Assembly: GCA_965645245.1 (NCBI GenBank)
Contig: OZ287076.1
Coordinates: 1,426,001 to 1,490,000 of the forward strand
Length of the DNA: 64,000 nucleotides
Source: Massalongia carnosa
Lineage: Eukaryota
Reading direction: 5' to 3'
Shown: positions 59,305-64,000 of the stretch, in pieces
How positions within the stretch are numbered: position 1 is the stretch's first letter
Layout of the letters: each line of letters opens with the position of its first letter
Notes under the pieces: generated by a model
The model's database searches: none
Seen by the model: only the letters and a program-made list of their open reading frames with translations
What the model was told of the DNA's origin: nothing
Translations under genes and position numbers: made by a program

Positions 59305-60286
59305 ATGACCCCGTCCCATCCACCCAATCCCAATCCCGTGAAGCTGAGTCTTCGGGGTGGCGGCTCTTCCGGTCACCGTAAAGAGGCTAGAAGACGGAAA
59401 TTCCAAAGGCAGGAAAAGATTATTCATTCTCCGGGTAGATCTTCGGGCTTGGGCTCGGGCTCGGAGGGGGGGGGCATTAAACTACCGGAAGATGCGCGTG
59501 GGAATAGGCTAGTTCGCGAACATCATGATGGGGAGAAGGGGCAGATATCGAGGACTGGCATGCCGAGTTCTGGTGATGATCGGAGGGGCTATAACGATTG
59601 GGATAAAGACCAGAAGGATACCGACATGACGGAATCCCCGATCACGGCATCGGCACCGCGAAAAGCCCCCCGATTCATCGCGTTCATCGGTAACCCCAAC
59701 CAAATCCCCGGGTGGGCTCAACTGTCATCGGTAAGGGAGGAGGCTAACGGATGGTTTGGCGTTCGAGGGACATAGGCAATCTCCCCTACACGAGCACCAC
59801 GGCTGCGATCACGTCGCACTTCGCCAGGGTGAAGCCGCAGTCGATCCGCCACGCGACGGCGAGAGGGACGGGCAGGTCGAAAGGGTTCGCGTTTTTGGAG
59901 TTTGGCGATTACGATCGCTTGAAGACTTGCTTGAAGGTGTACCATCACTCGGAGTTTGATGATGGGCTGTCGCCGTCGAGGAAAATTAATGTGGAGTTGA
60001 CGTACTTACTTCCCGCTCCGCCCTCCCTTTTTTCCTTCCTCCCCCCTGGGTTGATTTGTGTGTGTTTTTTGACTAATTGGATTGAATCAGTGCTGGAGGT
60101 GGAGGGAGTAGTCAGGTGCGAAAGTCAAAGTTACGGGCAAAGAACGAGAAACTTAATGAAGAACGTAGGAAGGGATTGGAAGAGGGGGAGAAACAGGATG
60201 GGAAGGCAAAAGGTGCAGGTGTCGCCCCGGTGTCTGACAACGAGCATGACATACACCCCAGCAGAAGGACTCGAATCATTCGTTAA
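59305..60286 (+). CDS. Nucleolar RRM RNA-binding protein, Nop6-like; exons 59305-59689, 59776-60001, 60091-60286
   Basis: GT-AG introns with CTAAC/CTAAT branch sites give RFIAFIGNLPY (RNP2), SKGFAFLEF (RNP1), RKINVELTAGGGG...KNEKLNEER and IHPSRR. The start codon is less certain. Confidence 0.85.
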
Positions 60287-60720
60287 ACTAATTGCGAAAT
60301 CTACCTATCAAAATAAATGGAGTTGAACTGTTGGCTTTGCTTTCACAGCCGATGCTGACTACAGCAATCGTTGCATGTTCCATAGTGGGTTCGACTGTAT
60401 CATTGACACGATGAATAATATCGTCTGGAGACTATCATCCGGCACTGCATAGCTTGATTGCCATTATCCTTCAATGAGCATGCTCCAAACGACTCTTTCC
60501 AGCCATTCATATCTACAGATTGACCAGTCCGATGCTCTAGCGCAACTGATTCTCCCAAAGAATGCGCCGTGAACATTGAATAAATCCCTTGAGATGTAAA
60601 TCGAAGCAGCTCGGTGGCCCAACATACGGGTTCCTCACCGCTATTGAACGGCAATATGATTTTGAAGCTTTGTGCCTCCATTGTTTATCGTTCGGTCTTT
60701 TATTATTAATCCAAGTCGTT

Positions 60721-61567
60721 TTACAGTATAGAGCATATCCCGCGCTTCTTTTGGGGCTTCCCAGCAGGCCGGGGGTTTAAGACGGCACTATTCATTCGTC
60801 AACAGTTACCACGATTAAGTAATGGGGAGGTTAGCTAAGTGTGTTTTACCGGATAGCCTCGTCAAACACGCTTTTAAGGTTTCTCTGGGTAAGAGCCGAG
60901 CATTCCAAATATTTGTGGGCTCTGATTTCTTTGGAAACCGTAAGGGCTTGTTCGTACGAGACCGGTTCCATTCTCTTCTGCCTCAGTGCTTCCGTTGTTC
61001 CTCGGTCTTCTCTCAAATCCAACTTTGTACCCACCAGTATGATTGGGACATTGGGTGCGTGATGCTCAATCTCTGGAAACCATTTCGCTTTGACGTTGTC
61101 GAACGAAGGAGGGCTGACGATCGAAAAACAAATCAAGAACACATCGGTTTGGGGGTATGATAAAGGTCTAAGTCTATCGTAGTCTTCCTGTCCAGCGGTA
61201 TCCCAAAGGCCGAGACTGATGGGTTTTCCATCTACCATGACGCTAGCCGAATAGTTATCAAACCTAAGCAGTTAGTTAGCAGAGCTGAGGTAAAGAAAGC
61301 TCTTTCAGAGAGTACCATACACAGTTGGTATGTATTCTCCAGGGAAAGCGTTCGTGGTATATGAGATCAAAAGGCATGTCTAAAGCAAACGTCAGCCATC
61401 AGACGGTCGCGTTTTCTTCAGTGCGCCAAGTAACAACCTTTCCCACCGCTCCATCACCCGTCACCACGCACTGTGATATCAAAGAAGTAAGCATCAGGTT
61501 CGCGGTCAATCCATAGAGCTGTTTTGATTCCGACCTTTAGTGACTGTGTTGCTGGCGCAGCCGCCAT
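60721..61567 (-). CDS. rac1: Rho-family small GTPase Rac1 (201 aa); exons 61535-61567, 61438-61470, 61321-61379, 60850-61263, 60721-60787
   Basis: Spliced product [46 protein letters not shown]...[21 protein letters not shown]...TKLD...CSALTQ, ending in a polybasic tail and CAAX box CSIL. Confidence 0.97.
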
Positions 61568-62644
61568 ATGATCAACGGTAGATGCAATATGGGGAGTAGC
61601 GAAAGTAGCCGAAGGTTTTATAAGTCTCTAAACAGATTTTGTTGGCCCGTCGTCGAAGAAGTACTGAGCAGCGCGATGTGAAAGCTTGGGAGGTTGCCCG
61701 CGTCCAAGCTTGGAGCGACAGTTAAGCTTTGGTTGTGAAAAGGAAGTTTGAGAGCAATGCTGGTTGATGATGAACGTTACGGGGTGGGCACACTTAGCAT
61801 TTCAGACTCAAGGTCATGCTCATATCCAATTGGCTAGGAGTCTACCGATCGTAAAATCGGTGTTGTACTAGAGCTATTCATAACCCTCAAGATATCAAGT
61901 GAGGGTACATATGTACGTCTGTAAGGATTATGCCTAGTAATTTTGATACTCTATCGTGCATGATGGTGGTACATAGGATTTCAACTTCCAAGGCTCATGC
62001 ATCCAACTCATGAGATTACCGGACTCTAACAGCCATCCCGATTTACAGATGAACTCTATCAAGATACATACTCCGTCCGAGAAATCGGGAATCTGCCCCA
62101 AGAAATTGCGGTCCATTGGACTAAATAGGGTTTACGAGCGAGGGGCTGTAACTGTTCCGATGGGAATGTCAATCAAACAGATGCAACTTTGCAAGGTGAT
62201 ACAGGTACCCTGTAAGCCATGCTCATCTTGGCTAGCGTGGCTAGATACCGAAAGAATTGTCGGCTAAAATCAGGTTTTACGTTTCAAATACATAGGAAGC
62301 AGAGGAATTGCCGACTTGACACACATTTTATAACAGGTACTCTATACTTAATCCTCTGTAGCTTGTCCCACGTTCATACTACATGCTACTGCTAGAGAAA
62401 ATCTTTCCTAGACGACATAACAGACAAGAATTCTCCCCTAGCGTCTACCTATTAAAGGAACGTATAACACACTATCCGTCCATGTTGAAAGGAAACTGAC
62501 TCCACATGGATAAACATCCTAAATAGAGTATCCTAGCATATTCCAAGGAAAATGTTAACGCAGCGGTGGCTAATGATTAAGACATCGGTAGAACTCATGA
62601 TACGAGTGACCTGTTCGAAGTCGTGGGAATCCTGAGATCCGAGG

Positions 62645-63306
62645 TCAGGCGCCTGTGGCGAGGCGACTCAAGGTGGTGGGCTTGCCAAGTAGGTCAAGGC
62701 TTCTTGTTGAGACTGTCAGATATGTCGGCGTCGCAGCGTGTCTTAGAGGATGAGATGGTGGGGTATGGGCCACGCTCCTGGTGGGATGGATGGTCTGAAA
62801 CACCGAATAGCTTGCAGTTCGACGAGCTAAAGATCGAATAATTGAAGCTGAGACATGCCCGGATGTGTTTCCTAGGCTTTTTTTGCTGCGTTTTCGAAGA
62901 CTTTGGTGTCGAATCAGAGGTGGGGAGATGACGGAAGCATTTGTCTCGTAGCTGGAGCATTTTGAGAGGGTGCGATGAAGCGCAGAGCCGAATTGAGCCG
63001 TTTGGCATTGGGAGGAAAGACATTGAAGAACAGTCTGGTCGCATTTTAGCTTGTGCACGGCATGATCGTAATGTGAAAGCTTTACACGCTGGAAAAGCTG
63101 GTCCTCGCACAAGCATCCTGTTCCATTGTTGCAAGGACTGACGATTCTGGAGTTATCCCAACATTTTCCTACACATGCTGGTGGCCTGTTAGCTCACTCT
63201 ATAGAAGTGCAAACAGGGGTTAATGTATACCTGGCGATGATAGCTCGGGGATAGCACAGGCGCTATGTAGAATGGCGAACAGTAGGATGATGAAACTAGT
63301 ATTCAT
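62645..63306 (-). CDS. Secreted CFEM-domain protein (~185 aa); exons 63231-63306, 63086-63177, 62645-63034
   Basis: Signal-peptide-like MNTSFIILLFAILHSACA. Splicing two GT-AG introns gives the 8-Cys pattern PACVGKCWDNSRIVSPCNNGTGCLCEDQLFQRTVLQCLSSQCQTAQFGSALHRTLSKC. The 3' exon structure is uncertain. Confidence 0.78.
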
Positions 63307-64000
63307 AGCGCTTAGATAACAGGCTCTGAGCTCAACTATCGCAACAGAAGAGAGAAGTGAAGATTTAGATAAGATGGGGCGATTTGGCCTGGTGAGAAGT
63401 GACTCTGTACTTGAAGTAATGACAGGCAAAGGTTACGCAACGAACGAGAATTTTAATGTACTGGGATTAAAGTAATATTGAAAGGTATTGAACGATGTTC
63501 TATGGAGAAGTGGAGATTGTGACATAGAACGTTTCTTAGATGGGTGAGAAAATAAAACGGCAGGCACTAAGCTTTCCTTCAGATCGTTCGACATGGAAGG
63601 TGCGTTTATCGCCAGCATGTAACCCCAGATTGCGGTTCTTGGCTGAGAGGAAGTGCCAAAAACCAGCGGTAAACTATCAGCTAAACTTCCTCAGGTTTGC
63701 TCTGTCGCCATAGTTCATTATTCCTTTCGTTTTCAAGGAGCACGACAAAGCAAAAGAACGCCGAAATAAAGGATTTTGGCTGAAGAGGTAGAAGCAAGTT
63801 ATACATGCTTGCATCGGCTGAAGAGTGCTTTGTGCCAATTTTTAAGATTATGACTTGAACCCCCCTGTCGTAATTATCATGAGAGAGGTCTTGCTTGACA
63901 GGGGACAATCCAAACCTCATTTGATAGGAGTTCATGTCAAGCACAAAAGCATGTACAATCTCTCCACAGATGATAAATCACATGTTAATAAAATAGCAAG

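Noticed and set aside
61600..62640. Short ORFs between rac1 and the CFEM gene (also 60400-60681 and 63433-63944)
   Set aside because: No recognisable motifs or convincing splice structure; probably UTR or intergenic sequence.
62694..63134. 146-aa ORF as a separate gene
   Set aside because: It overlaps, in another frame, the better-supported spliced CFEM gene.

Overview
Eukaryotic (filamentous ascomycete-type) genomic DNA. Bases 1 to ~59,200 are a continuous, deeply nested transposon cluster. It holds three sister subfamilies of a Tad1-clade LINE (here A, B, D), including two apparently intact full-length copies with target-site duplications (TSDs) at 10554-17306 and 18157-24949, and a fragment of an unrelated LINE with a (CAT)n tail. 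It also holds three Ty3/gypsy chromovirus-type families (one intact, 50667-56376), two solo LTRs, a Ty1/copia 3' remnant, an internally deleted Tc1/mariner-like element, a Fot1/pogo-like element and a Mutator-like element. The cluster ends ~100 bp before three intron-containing host genes: a Nop6-like RRM protein (+), Rac1 (-) and a secreted CFEM protein (-). The main unexplained signals are: (i) a multi-helix RNA with compensatory base changes in the ~900-nt LINE 5' UTR, plus a TAATG ORF1/ORF2 stop-start; (ii) the same -1 frameshift cassette (G GGA AAM, a short spacer, then a stem with an 8-nt loop ending GWCGC) in three divergent gypsy families, which also show Tf1-type self-priming complementarity; (iii) a Tc1-like element with a second, convergent ORF. 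All boundaries were read by eye; no database searches or folding programs were run.
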